Virus record (IMG/VR): IMGVR_UViG_3300031949_000098
Location: 1 to 38,838 of that record
Length of the DNA: 38,838 nucleotides
Source: a virus
Lineage: Duplodnaviria > Caudoviricetes
Reading direction: 5' to 3' (one strand)
Shown here: in pieces, positions 8,021-17,756 of the stretch
Layout: each line of letters begins with the position of its first letter
Position numbering within the stretch: the first letter of the stretch is position 1
Translations under genes and position numbers: made by a program
The notes under the pieces: generated by a model
Database searches by the model: none
The model's input: only the letters and a program-made list of their open reading frames with translations
What the model was told of the DNA's origin: nothing

Positions 8021-9084
8021 GGTTGATCGACCGGGGGCTGGGTCATCGGGTACAGGCGCGTGCAGATGTCCACGATGTCGCCGTCGGTCTGCCCGTCGTC
8101 AACAATGCAGGGGACCCACTTCTCCGGCTGGACGGTCGAGTCGAGGGTCGATCCCCAGACCTCGTGGTGGCCGAAGGCCACCTGCTGCCCAAGCGTCCAG
8201 CGGAAGAACCGGATCTCCGCGTCGGGCAGCGCAGGCAGAACCTTCGTGACGACGTCGAAGGCGTCGAACAGATCGGCGTCGGTCTGGACGATCTGCTGCT
8301 CGAGCAGGTCGGTGAAGACGCTCCAGGCCGCGCTCGGCTCATACAGAAACTGGCCCGGCCATTGCTGGATCGCGGCGTCGAAGAAGTCGAGCGCCCGGCG
8401 GTTGCGGTCCAGATCGCCATCAGCGACCATCCGGCCGCGGACATAGCACAGAGCCGTTGGCCCGTCCATCTGATAGGTAACGCCCGCCAGCCACTTCTTC
8501 CAGTAACCGACGCCAGCGGCCGTGTCGGTTCCCATGATCCCGCAGAAATCGGAGTAGTACTTCGTTGGGGTGATGACGACGCCGCCCATGCGGTCGACGA
8601 CTGATATAAAGTCCCGCAGCGCCCCGAAGATGATCGGGCCGTTGACCTCGAGGCCGTAGTTGTACTGGACGGTCTGCTTGACGCAATCATAGCCACCCAG
8701 ATACCACGCCGCATTGACCCGGTTCGTTCCGAGCGGGCTGCAGGGGACGTAGGCCAGCATGTCCCGCGGCACCGACACGAAACTGATCCGGGGTGGAGCA
8801 TCGGGAGCCAGATCGATGACAACGATCACGAAGACGTCGGTCCTGACGCCCTTCTGGTTGCGCTCTGGGTGCTGCGGATCGTAGTCCGCGCCCAGAAGCA
8901 CGCCAACGATCCGCTGGGGTTCGGGCGTGGGCGACGGTTCCGGCGTGGCCGTAGGGACGGCGACGGTCGCGCTAGGCGGAACCGTTGGTGGGATGCTGGA
9001 AGGTTCGCCGTCGCCACCGCCGCCGACAGCGGCTGGGACGCAGGCGCTCAGCACCATTGCCAGTAGGACAAGGCATCGTCTCAT
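8017..9084 (-). CDS. LCP (LytR-CpsA-Psr) family lipoprotein
   Basis: Lipobox LSAC, P/T linker, LLGAD...RTDVF...SVPRD...RVNAA...VDRMGGV...MDGPTALCYVRGR...DLDRNRR with the conserved LCP arginines. Confidence 0.93.
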   Translation of the reverse strand: MRRCLVLLAMVLSACVPAAVGGGGDGEPSSIPPTVPPSATVAVPTATPEPSPTPEPQRIVGVLLGADYDPQHPERNQKGVRTDVFVIVVIDLAPDAPPRISFVSVPRDMLAYVPCSPLGTNRVNAAWYLGGYDCVKQTVQYNYGLEVNGPIIFGALRDFISVVDRMGGVVITPTKYYSDFCGIMGTDTAAGVGYWKKWLAGVTYQMDGPTALCYVRGRMVADGDLDRNRRALDFFDAAIQQWPGQFLYEPSAAWSVFTDLLEQQIVQTDADLFDAFDVVTKVLPALPDAEIRFFRWTLGQQVAFGHHEVWGSTLDSTVQPEKWVPCIVDDGQTDGDIVDICTRLYPMTQPPVDQP

Positions 9085-9095
9085 TTCTCAACTCC

Positions 9096-9557
9096 TCATT
9101 TTGGGGATGTGCTTCTGGACCTGGCGCCAGGCCGCGCCCGTGTGATGCCCCTGCGCTCGAGACGGTTCAAGACACGGATGCCCTCGACCGTCCGGAGGTT
9201 GTGGGCAGCGAGGCGCTTATCGTGGCGGATGATGAGTTGGCCGATCCCGCCGAGCGTCTCAGCCAGACCCTCGTTCGCCTGGCGCTGTTGCTCGAGGACG
9301 TCGGCGACCCCAGCCGCCGTCGCTGCGTGTCCGGTGGCGATCTTCTGGAGCGACTCGGCAGCCAGGTTCTGCGCCGTGGCAACCTCGCTGAGTTTGGTGA
9401 CGACGTCGACGGTCAGTTTCGTGATCGTCTTCTCCTGCAGCAGGACGTAGCGATCATGGACGCCCTTGGTGATGATGTCGCCCCGCAGGAAGGCGAAGAC
9501 CAGAAGCAGGATGCCGCCCCCGCCGAAAATCAGGCCGGTGATCTGTTCGACAGTCAT
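9096..9557 (-). CDS. Holin-like single-TM coiled-coil protein
   Basis: MTVEQITGLIFGGGGILLLVFAFLRG then coiled coil and basic tail; directly downstream of the endolysin. Confidence 0.6.
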   Translation of the reverse strand: MTVEQITGLIFGGGGILLLVFAFLRGDIITKGVHDRYVLLQEKTITKLTVDVVTKLSEVATAQNLAAESLQKIATGHAATAAGVADVLEQQRQANEGLAETLGGIGQLIIRHDKRLAAHNLRTVEGIRVLNRLERRGITRARPGARSRSTSPK

Positions 9558-9576
9558 GGCCTCTACCCTACCACAA

Positions 9577-10368
9577 TCAGGCGACCGCCCGCAACTTGTA
9601 GCCAGGGTTCCAGAACCAGCCTTCGAAGATCCCGCTCCTGATCTTCCACCAGTCGCCGCCTTCACCCCCGAAGTCCAGCGCCTGCACCTGGCCTCCGGCA
9701 GCGACCCACTTGAGAATCGGGGCGTCGAGTTCCGGTTCCTTCCGCAAATTGCCACCGACATCGACCGGCCAACCCTTGCCTGGGAACAGGTCGGGAAAGT
9801 AGATGGTTGGGTTAACGATGTCGCTGACGTGCATCCACGGCGACCCCTTGCCCGTGTGCTTGAGCGTAATGTGCAGATGTGCTCCGCTGGAGTTTCCGGT
9901 GTTGTCGGCCAGGCCGAGCACCTTCCCGGCCTGGACGGCATCGCCCAGCGCGACCTCGATCGAGGCCTTGGTGAAATGGGCATAGACGCTCGTGTATTCG
10001 TCGTCCCCGAACTTGTGCTTGAGTCGGACCTGGACCCCATAGGGGCCGCTGTCCGGGTTCGGTTGGACCAGCGACACGACGCCGTCGGCCATCGCCATGA
10101 CCGGCGTCCCGTTGAGTGCCCGGATGTCGAGGCCTTCGTGGCCCTGCAGGCCGAAGCCGATGTACCACTGCTTGTGGATGCCGTAAGCCTGCGTGACGAT
10201 GGCGGGCGGCGCGACGGGCCAGCGCAGCCGGAACCTGCCCGCGGGCGGGGCCGGGATCTCAGCCTCGTTCGTCGTCAGGTAGCCACGGACGGTCTCGGAA
10301 GGGATGAAATCCGAGACTGCCTGTCCATCGATGAATGAGTGAAATGGTGGAACCGCTACGCCCTTCAT
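9577..10368 (-). CDS. Endolysin: M23 peptidase plus SH3b-like cell-wall binding domain
   Basis: HEGLD, YAHF, NTGNSSGAHLH zinc motifs; C-terminal GNLRKEP...DWWKI...EGW; GGAGG RBS before ATG 10368. Confidence 0.92.
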   Translation of the reverse strand: MKGVAVPPFHSFIDGQAVSDFIPSETVRGYLTTNEAEIPAPPAGRFRLRWPVAPPAIVTQAYGIHKQWYIGFGLQGHEGLDIRALNGTPVMAMADGVVSLVQPNPDSGPYGVQVRLKHKFGDDEYTSVYAHFTKASIEVALGDAVQAGKVLGLADNTGNSSGAHLHITLKHTGKGSPWMHVSDIVNPTIYFPDLFPGKGWPVDVGGNLRKEPELDAPILKWVAAGGQVQALDFGGEGGDWWKIRSGIFEGWFWNPGYKLRAVA

Positions 10369-10389
10369 GTCCAACCTCCGTAGGATGGT

Positions 10390-11001
10390 TTAGATGATGC
10401 CGAACAGCGTGAAGCGATCCCCCGTGAAGGTCGCCCCACCTGCAACCGGACCGCAATAGATGTCAATGCGATCGATGGCCGCCAGGGATTCGTAAACCCC
10501 TCCGCCCCATCTCATAGCGGCCGTGAAGAAGCCCTGCAGCCCGCAATGGGCACGGTAGGTCTTGAAGCGATCGGTCTTCGAATAGCCCTTGATGAAGACG
10601 AGAACCTGGACCGCCGCAGGGTAGGGAGCGATGGCGAGAGAAGTCTGCCCGAAGAGGCCGGAGGTCGGCCCAAGAGTGGCGTTCCCGGCCACCGCAATAG
10701 CCCCCGTCTGATCGACCGACGCTTGCAAGGAGCGATACAGGGCTGATCCGTCACTGTTGAAACGGACATTGATACCCACGACGGAGTTGGCTCTCCCTTC
10801 AAACCAGAGGGCTAGGTCTCCGAAGGTTGCCGGGATCGAACTGAAGGTCGCCACATGGGCGGTGACAGTCTGGTCGGCGATGCGCGCCCAACCTCCGCCG
10901 CCAGCGATCCCGCCCCCGCCGCCCGCTGGCAAGGTTTCAATCCGCTCTAATTTGCGCCCGTGATCGGCGATGATCCTGACGATCTGCGACTGGTCGACCA
11001 T
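10390..11001 (-). CDS. Tail fibre/receptor-binding protein paralog 2
   Basis: N-terminal RKLERIETLP-Gly linker; TFSSIPATF.DL...RFNSD...AIDRIDI...FTLFGI domain. Confidence 0.75.
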   Translation of the reverse strand: MVDQSQIVRIIADHGRKLERIETLPAGGGGGIAGGGGWARIADQTVTAHVATFSSIPATFGDLALWFEGRANSVVGINVRFNSDGSALYRSLQASVDQTGAIAVAGNATLGPTSGLFGQTSLAIAPYPAAVQVLVFIKGYSKTDRFKTYRAHCGLQGFFTAAMRWGGGVYESLAAIDRIDIYCGPVAGGATFTGDRFTLFGII

Positions 11002-11643
11002 CTAGGTGATCCCGTACAAGTGGAACACGGAACCAGCCGCGATCGATCCGGCAGAAGGCGTGATTGTGAGCCGGCTGATCGCGGCGGGCGAGGCACTATG
11101 CGGCCACCCTCCACCTGCATAGGCTGCCCGAAGTCCGTCGGTGGTCAGCGCGTCGGCATACCACGATTCAGCGGTGAAGGCCCTGCCGACGATGGCGGCC
11201 GAGGCGTAGTTCACGATCATGAGTTGACCCTGCGCCCAATGATCGGTAGGACCGGACGGACCGACGACCCCCATGAAACGCCAGGAGGTGTCATCCACAT
11301 CGCCGGTGGCCTGGACAGAGTCGACGTCGGCATGCATGAAGACCCAGGCGTAGTGAGATGCGCCATCGTTGTTGACGGTCGCCAGCAGGAAACCCGAGGA
11401 ACCGGATGTGATCCTGGCCTGGACAAGGAGCGCCAGATGCTTGTAGGTCTGATCGATGGCGGAGAAATCCACCGAGGCTACGTCGACGAGCGGCTCAGAT
11501 GAACCTAGCAACGTCCACCCGCCGACCCCCGGTATGATCGGGCCGGTTCCACCACCCCCGCCCTGGGGTAGCGTTTCAATGCGCTCCAATTTGCGGGAAT
11601 GCTCGGCCACGACCCGGACGATCTGATCGTCGTTGACTCGCAT
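11002..11643 (-). CDS. Tail fibre/receptor-binding protein paralog 1
   Basis: Start MRVNDDQIVR (TGATG overlap with hub gene); SVDFSAIDQTYKHL...VNND...AISRLTI...GSVFHLYGI. Confidence 0.75.
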   Translation of the reverse strand: MRVNDDQIVRVVAEHSRKLERIETLPQGGGGGTGPIIPGVGGWTLLGSSEPLVDVASVDFSAIDQTYKHLALLVQARITSGSSGFLLATVNNDGASHYAWVFMHADVDSVQATGDVDDTSWRFMGVVGPSGPTDHWAQGQLMIVNYASAAIVGRAFTAESWYADALTTDGLRAAYAGGGWPHSASPAAISRLTITPSAGSIAAGSVFHLYGIT

Positions 11644-12788
11644 CAGTCGGGCTTCCCTTCCAGCGCCTTTGTGATCGTGACGCCAGCCCGCACCGTCTCG
11701 CCGTCGGCCCCGCTGTGGACGTTGAAGGAGTCCACCCGGCCGTCGAACTGCATGCCCATGTGCTGAATGGTAACCAGGTCGCCGTACCCCCACTCGACCC
11801 CGAAGCGGGTCTGAGGTGTGTCGACAAGGTCGCCGCTGAAGATCACCCTGGGCCTGGCTTCCTGCATTGCCAGGAAGGCTCGCCATGCGACGCCCTGGAT
11901 CGTGTCCTCCTCCGTCGCTGGCTCGATGCCCTCGCGCAGGTTCCAGATCGACAGGTTCTCCCGCGGGACATCGTTCTCGGGGTCGACGGTCCGACTGGTC
12001 CCCGTCCCCTGGCCTAGGCCGTAGACGATGTTCTCCTCCTCGGTGTAGTCGAAGCGCAGGGTGGGCAAGTCCAGGTTCCCGGCCTCCCGACTGAAGATGA
12101 TCGGGGAAATCGCACTGCCGATCGTCCTGTCGACACCCCGCATGGGGACCCATGTTCGGAATAGAAAGACGGCCGGGGCTATGTAGTCGCAGTCGAATAG
12201 CACGGTCTTGGGGACCCAGTTGTCGTCTTGGCTCGGCCAGGCTGAGGCGTCGGAGATCTCCTGCAGGACGGCCAGGACGTTACGAAACTGGAAACTGAGT
12301 TCGACGCTCTTGCCCCGACCCTCGTCCGGCGCCACGCTGAAGTTGGCAGCACGATAGGATCGGCCCCGGTTGTACCAAGGATCGGTCGCCAGGGTCCCCA
12401 TGTTCTCCCGGACGACGGCCTTTATCATGTCGTCGGCGAAGTCGCTCTTGGACCAGTTGGCCTCGGGCGATTTGTAGGCGACGATCCGGCGGTTGAGCAA
12501 GTCCATCTGATCGGGGCCGCCGAGGGTCAACGTAGTCGTCCCGCCGCTCTCCCCCCACTCCCAATACCGCAGCATGCCGACGCCCAGAAGGATCGGGGCG
12601 GTGCCCGGCGGCGTGCGGTAGAACTCGAGCAGGTTGTCGACGTGGAGGAGGCGGCGGTCAAGGTCGCCGTTCACCCTTAGGGTGAACCAGCCGATGTCAT
12701 TCGCGACGCGTGCGAAGTCCCATTCGATCGTGTCCTGCAGAAGCGCCAGTTCGATCCCGTCGTGGGTTCGGATGACGATATGGCTCAT
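11643..12788 (-). CDS. Minor tail / baseplate hub protein (ReqiPepy6 Gp37-like)
   Basis: Follows Dit; IEWDFARVANDIGWFTL...LLNRRIV...NIVYGLGQG.G..R...FGVEWGYGDLVT. Confidence 0.8.
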   Translation of the reverse strand: MSHIVIRTHDGIELALLQDTIEWDFARVANDIGWFTLRVNGDLDRRLLHVDNLLEFYRTPPGTAPILLGVGMLRYWEWGESGGTTTLTLGGPDQMDLLNRRIVAYKSPEANWSKSDFADDMIKAVVRENMGTLATDPWYNRGRSYRAANFSVAPDEGRGKSVELSFQFRNVLAVLQEISDASAWPSQDDNWVPKTVLFDCDYIAPAVFLFRTWVPMRGVDRTIGSAISPIIFSREAGNLDLPTLRFDYTEEENIVYGLGQGTGTSRTVDPENDVPRENLSIWNLREGIEPATEEDTIQGVAWRAFLAMQEARPRVIFSGDLVDTPQTRFGVEWGYGDLVTIQHMGMQFDGRVDSFNVHSGADGETVRAGVTITKALEGKPD

Positions 12789-15301
12789 CGGAGATCATCG
12801 AAGGACCAGTCGGTCGTCCGCCACCGGAGACTCACTTCTTCGTTCCCGTCGCCATCGGTCCCAAGGAAGGCGATCTGATTCAGCCCTGGCAGAAGGGCGA
12901 AGTCGCCCCAATCGCTACCGGCCATGATCCCGTAGACCACGTTGCCGCGCCATTCGCTGATCGCCCGTAGGTAGCCCGGACGCAGATCGACCAACACCCG
13001 TTCCCCGGCCTGGACGTCCAGGTTCATTCGCACGATCTTCCCGGTGTCCTGATTCTCCAGCCAGCGCAGCGTCAGCGGCCCGAGAACGTCCAGGATCGGG
13101 AAGGACGAGGCTGCGCCGCCGTTGTCGACTGTCTGGACGTCGGCGATCGACGTGACCGAAGCGCCGTTGTAGCCCACGAAGAGTTTGTCGAACTTGCTGG
13201 CGATCGCCAGGACCTCGTGCCCGACGACGATGTCGGTGTGCAGGAACCGGCTGCCGTTCCAGATCGCCAGCCAGGCGGCTAGACTGTCCTCGGTGGCGGC
13301 CGTGAAGTCGCCGCCGAAATAGACGTTGCCGCGGCTGTCGATGGCGATGACGTTGACGCTGGTCCCGCCGGTCAGGCCGTCCGTGTCGCCGCCCAGCGGA
13401 TAGAACTCATTGCGGTCCCAATACGCCACCTTGGCGACGGTCCAGAAGCCCGCTGTGGTGAAGTCGCCGCCGATGAACAGGCGGCCGTCCAGGCCCATCC
13501 GCAGCGCCCGCACCGTCCCGTTCATCCCGAACTCGGCCATGTCGGCGAAGGCCGTGCCGTTCCACAGGCAGATGCGCGGTAGCAGAGCGGCGCCGAAGAT
13601 CCCTTCCTGATTGGTGAACTGGCCGCCCAGGTACAGCGTCGATCCGTCCAGGTCGATCTCCAGCGCCTCGACGTCCAGGTTCAAGCCCGCCTGCGGGCCG
13701 AGCGCCGTCCAGGTGTCCAGGGCCGGGCCGTTGTACCTGACGATCCGCCAGGCCGCCACCGGGCCGTCGTTGGCCTGGGTGAAGGCCCCGCCGAGGTAGA
13801 CCTGCCCGTCCTTGTCGACGGCCAGGGCGTTGACGTCCGAGTTGACCCCCGGCGTGCCTGCGCCGAGGACGGTGAACGTGTCGGCGGCCGGATCATAGCG
13901 GGCGACCCGGTCGAAGGTGGCGGCGCCGATCGTCGTGAAGGTCCCACCGATGTAGACGTCGCCGTTGGGGGCGAAGGCGATCGCATAGACCGACCCGTCG
14001 TCGATGTCGTTCCCGGCCCCGGCGAGGATGTTCCAGGCGGTCCCGTCCCATCGGGCGATCCGGCGGCAGGCGACGCCCCCGATGTTCTCAAAATCCCCGC
14101 CTGCGTACACGTCGCCGTTGGGATGGACGGCCAGGACCCGGATCGGGAAGGACGCCGATCCGAAGCCGTCCCATTGACCGGCCAGCCGGGCGATCAGGTA
14201 GGCGTGCTCCGTGGCCGGGACGGTCCCGGTCAGCAGTTGCGTGGTGTCCTGGCTGTCCGCCTGCCAATAGGGGTTCGGGGCGAACAGGCGGATGCCGAAG
14301 GCGTTGTGATAGGGCTGCCGGAGATCCCCGTCCCACTCCAGCCCCGACTCGTAGATCGCGTCCAGGTCCATCGGGCAGCCCAGCAGGCCAGGCCGGTCGA
14401 CGTCCTGATACCGGATGACGAAAGGCTGCGGCTTATGGGTCAGGTCGGGCTTCATGGCATGCTCGACGGCCCGGCGCGCCTGGTGCAGCGCCATCAGGCT
14501 CTGTGGATCGCACTCCATCGACCGGGGGTGGCGCATGGCGTGGAACGTCAGGCCGATCGCCCGCGGCTGCGCCTGCACCGACTGGATCGTCGCAGCCTCC
14601 CGTCCGCTGTAGACCTGCGTCGCCAGGTTGATCGGCGGCATGCCGAGGCCGCTGGCATCGATGGGGAAGACGTTGACATCGAGGCCTTGCGTCAGGTCCT
14701 TGAACTCCCCGCCGCCCCGGAAGGTCTTCGAGCGGAAGGACTCGGTGGCGTGTCGCTGTCCGACCCACTCGAAGTAGGGCTGGCCGTCATGCGGGGCCAA
14801 CTCCAGTTCCTGATCCCCGTCGCAGTAGGTCGTGACATGGCCGAGCAACTCGATCTGCGCCCCGTCGACATAGAAGACGGCCGGGTGGTTGTAGAACGTC
14901 CCGATGCTGAAGCCGAAGTCGGTTTCAGTCGTCGGCCCGATCTGTCCGGTCAGCACGAGGCGCTGCCAGTATCGATCATTCAGTTGGACGGGCTTCCCGT
15001 CCCAGGACTGGCCGTTGTCGTTTGCCCGCGCGAACAGAAACACGCGGCCGAAGCCGCGAGCGTAGATCGAGCAGGTGATCGGGACACCGGCGACGCCCAG
15101 GTTCAGCGGATAGTCGGCGCCTTCGCGCGGCACCGCGCCAGGGCACGTCACCTTGAGGCACGCCCGACCGAAGCGCGAGCGCGTCAGATCGCGGGCGATC
15201 GTCGATCCGTTCAAGGTATTCCAGCCCGTCGCATCGACACCGAGGCTGGGGTTGGTGCAGAGGTTCCGGGTGAACTCGGGGATGACGATCTTCAGGCCCA
15301 T
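12785..15301 (-). CDS. Evolved distal tail (Dit)-like protein with N-terminal CBM-like domain and inserted beta-propeller
   Basis: Follows tape measure; NLCTNPS...WQRL...FYVDGAQIE; repeated (D/N)VY.GG.F...IARWDG..W blades; C-terminal N.G....P...LLPGLNQI. Confidence 0.8.
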   Translation of the reverse strand: MGLKIVIPEFTRNLCTNPSLGVDATGWNTLNGSTIARDLTRSRFGRACLKVTCPGAVPREGADYPLNLGVAGVPITCSIYARGFGRVFLFARANDNGQSWDGKPVQLNDRYWQRLVLTGQIGPTTETDFGFSIGTFYNHPAVFYVDGAQIELLGHVTTYCDGDQELELAPHDGQPYFEWVGQRHATESFRSKTFRGGGEFKDLTQGLDVNVFPIDASGLGMPPINLATQVYSGREAATIQSVQAQPRAIGLTFHAMRHPRSMECDPQSLMALHQARRAVEHAMKPDLTHKPQPFVIRYQDVDRPGLLGCPMDLDAIYESGLEWDGDLRQPYHNAFGIRLFAPNPYWQADSQDTTQLLTGTVPATEHAYLIARLAGQWDGFGSASFPIRVLAVHPNGDVYAGGDFENIGGVACRRIARWDGTAWNILAGAGNDIDDGSVYAIAFAPNGDVYIGGTFTTIGAATFDRVARYDPAADTFTVLGAGTPGVNSDVNALAVDKDGQVYLGGAFTQANDGPVAAWRIVRYNGPALDTWTALGPQAGLNLDVEALEIDLDGSTLYLGGQFTNQEGIFGAALLPRICLWNGTAFADMAEFGMNGTVRALRMGLDGRLFIGGDFTTAGFWTVAKVAYWDRNEFYPLGGDTDGLTGGTSVNVIAIDSRGNVYFGGDFTAATEDSLAAWLAIWNGSRFLHTDIVVGHEVLAIASKFDKLFVGYNGASVTSIADVQTVDNGGAASSFPILDVLGPLTLRWLENQDTGKIVRMNLDVQAGERVLVDLRPGYLRAISEWRGNVVYGIMAGSDWGDFALLPGLNQIAFLGTDGDGNEEVSLRWRTTDWSFDDLR

Positions 15302-15305
15302 CGGA

Positions 15306-17489
15306 TCACCGCCGTCGGCTCAGGGCTTGCATCAGGCCGAAGTCGGCCGCCACCTGCTCAGACCGGGCGGCCGTGTGGATCGACAGGTTGTAGGCCGGGT
15401 TGAACGAGTCTCCGCCCCCACTTGTTGCCCCTGCCGACGCGACCGCCAGGGGCGACAGACGTCCGGCGCCCAGCGTCGGGCCGGAGATCGCGCTGATCTG
15501 CAGCAGGGTATCCCGGATGCCAGCCAGCGTGTTCTCGAACGGGCTGGGGCTGTGGCCCTTCAGCCATTCCGGGATCTCGAGGTTGCGGACCAACTCTGCG
15601 AAATCGTGCATAAGGAGGAAGACAGGATTGAGCACGATCCCGACCGCCTCGATCGCATCACCGAGGAATTCGAAGACTGGCCCCACCTTCTGGCTGATCC
15701 AGGTCCAAAGTATTGACAGGCCGGGGATGAAATGGTCTACGATGAACGCCCACAGGGAGCGGAGCGCGAAGCCGAGGACCGAGCGAACGACATCCCCGAC
15801 CGCCATGATAGCCGGAAGGATGGACACGGACAAGAATTGCCATACCAACTTGAGCGCCGGAAGTACGACGTCGCTCCAGATCAAGGCCAGCGTCTCGAAC
15901 GCCGGACCAAGTTGAGCCGAGACCGTCTTCCACAAGTCGACGAGAGCAGGCTGAAGGGTTGTCGTCCAGAACGCTGCCCCCTCTCCGATGGCCGTCGTGA
16001 GTTGGTCCCACCATCCCTGCAAGGTAACGATCGCCCCCGGCAAGACCTGTTCCAGCCACGGTCGCAGGATGGTGAAGGCAGGGATCAGAAGACCGATCAG
16101 CGAGAAGACCAGGCCGGGAATGTTGCCGGTCGCCAGAGATCCGATGACTCCGATCAATGGCAGGATCAGGGTCGCCAGGCCGCCAGCCGATACCCCCGTG
16201 CTGTCGAAGGCGGGCTGCAGTTTCTGGCTGATCCAGTCCCATACGCTGCGGAAGACCGGGACCAGGTTCGCGTTGATGAAGTCCCACAGGGTGGACAGGG
16301 CCGTGAACAGGCCACCGACGGCCGTCCCAACGGCGCCGAAGGCGGGCGGGAGGTTGGTGGCAAGCCAGGTCCGGGCGAGACTAAGGGCCGGGATGAGCGT
16401 ATCCTCCCACCAGGCTCCGAAACGCTCCAAGATCGGCGTCAGTAGCGCGCTCACTGCGTCCCCGACCTTACCGATCGCGGGCAGCAATACGCCGGTCCAG
16501 AACCCAACGACGACCTGGATCGTGCGGGTCATAAAGTCCCAAGCCCGGATCGCCTTATCGATCGCCGGGCCGAGGTGAGAACCGATCCAGGTCGCCACGC
16601 TTCCGATCGCCGGGATCACCACCCTGGTTATCGCGCCCGCCAGCCCAGGAAGGTGACGCTTGGCGAGTTCCTGGAACTGCTTGACCATCGGCAGCAGCGC
16701 CGGGACCAGGGAGATGAGAATCTCATCCCTGGTGTCCCTTAGGGTCGTCCGCAACATGGCGAAGGCCCCGGCGGCGGTGTCGGCGACGTCCGGTATCCCG
16801 GCCGTGTTCTTCTCCAGGGCAGCCGTGGCGAATGAGAGGAGGGCGGTCTGCCGCTGATTCTTAGTAAGTTGGTCAGCGGTCGTGCCGAGCGTCCTGGCAT
16901 AGTCCTCCATGACTTGGCCCAGGTCGACGGTGATCCCAAGGTTGTCCAGAATCATCACGCTCTCGCGACCGATCCCCCGGATGAAGTCGTTCGTAAGTTG
17001 CGTGACCGACTGGCCGGTCGCTGCAGCCACCTTGGCGATCGAAGGGATCACCGCCGGTATCTGCTCGGCCAAGGTCACGCCCAGGAGTTGCGTGGCGGTG
17101 TTGAAGTTTCTCATCAGTTCGGTGGCATCGATCGTTCCCCGACTGGCGTCCTGCCACAGTTGAAGGACCTCGTCGGCGGATCGTCCAGCATTGGCCGTGA
17201 TACCCAGGAAGGCTTGTTGAATATCAAACAGTGGCGCAGCACTCTCGGCCGCCTTGAAGAGCATCGCTCCGATCGCTGCACCTGCGCCAGCCGCTGCTAC
17301 TCCGATGGCCCCGATCGCAACCGCGGCTATTCCGGCGGATGAAACGATCCCGCCAAGACTGACCGACCCAAGCCGCCCGAGAACGCTGTGGGTTTCGGCC
17401 GTAGAACGGGACATTCCGCCCATCTTGTCGAGGTAGTCCCGGTATCCGTCGACGACAGCATGGACACCGAGATCGGGAAAACGCGGCAT
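15306..17489 (-). CDS. Tape measure protein
   Basis: 727 aa, Ala/Gly/Trp-rich amphipathic repeats, GIGRES.MILDNLGI and GHSPS motifs; follows chaperones. Confidence 0.92.
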   Translation of the reverse strand: MPRFPDLGVHAVVDGYRDYLDKMGGMSRSTAETHSVLGRLGSVSLGGIVSSAGIAAVAIGAIGVAAAGAGAAIGAMLFKAAESAAPLFDIQQAFLGITANAGRSADEVLQLWQDASRGTIDATELMRNFNTATQLLGVTLAEQIPAVIPSIAKVAAATGQSVTQLTNDFIRGIGRESVMILDNLGITVDLGQVMEDYARTLGTTADQLTKNQRQTALLSFATAALEKNTAGIPDVADTAAGAFAMLRTTLRDTRDEILISLVPALLPMVKQFQELAKRHLPGLAGAITRVVIPAIGSVATWIGSHLGPAIDKAIRAWDFMTRTIQVVVGFWTGVLLPAIGKVGDAVSALLTPILERFGAWWEDTLIPALSLARTWLATNLPPAFGAVGTAVGGLFTALSTLWDFINANLVPVFRSVWDWISQKLQPAFDSTGVSAGGLATLILPLIGVIGSLATGNIPGLVFSLIGLLIPAFTILRPWLEQVLPGAIVTLQGWWDQLTTAIGEGAAFWTTTLQPALVDLWKTVSAQLGPAFETLALIWSDVVLPALKLVWQFLSVSILPAIMAVGDVVRSVLGFALRSLWAFIVDHFIPGLSILWTWISQKVGPVFEFLGDAIEAVGIVLNPVFLLMHDFAELVRNLEIPEWLKGHSPSPFENTLAGIRDTLLQISAISGPTLGAGRLSPLAVASAGATSGGGDSFNPAYNLSIHTAARSEQVAADFGLMQALSRRR

Positions 17490-17492
17490 TTT

Positions 17493-17756
17493 CTACCTTC
17501 CCTTTCGGGCTGCCCTGCGGTCCATATCCCGCGACCGGGCGTCTTCCAAGTGGGCCTCGATCAGCCCCTGCAGCCGGGACCAGGCGACGACGTCGGCCAT
17601 CAGCGCACGATCGTAGCCGCCAGCCCGCCAGCGTTCCAGGTCAAGCCCCGCTTTGATCGCCGCCTCGAACTGCTCGTAACGGCTCGAGATAGTGATCCCA
17701 TGCGACAGCCTATGCCGGACTCCCGCCTTCTGGATCGGGTCGCCGTGCCTTCTCAC
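17493..17756 (-). CDS. Tail assembly chaperone, frameshift extension (gpT-like)
   Basis: Overlaps the chaperone 3' end in the +1 frame, GTG lacks an RBS, ends just before the tape measure gene. Confidence 0.7.
   Translation of the reverse strand: MRRHGDPIQKAGVRHRLSHGITISSRYEQFEAAIKAGLDLERWRAGGYDRALMADVVAWSRLQGLIEAHLEDARSRDMDRRAARKGR

Noticed and set aside
10390-11643. Diversity-generating retroelement or invertible fibre cassette
   Set aside because: No reverse transcriptase, invertase, inverted orientation or near-identical TR/VR pair visible in the window
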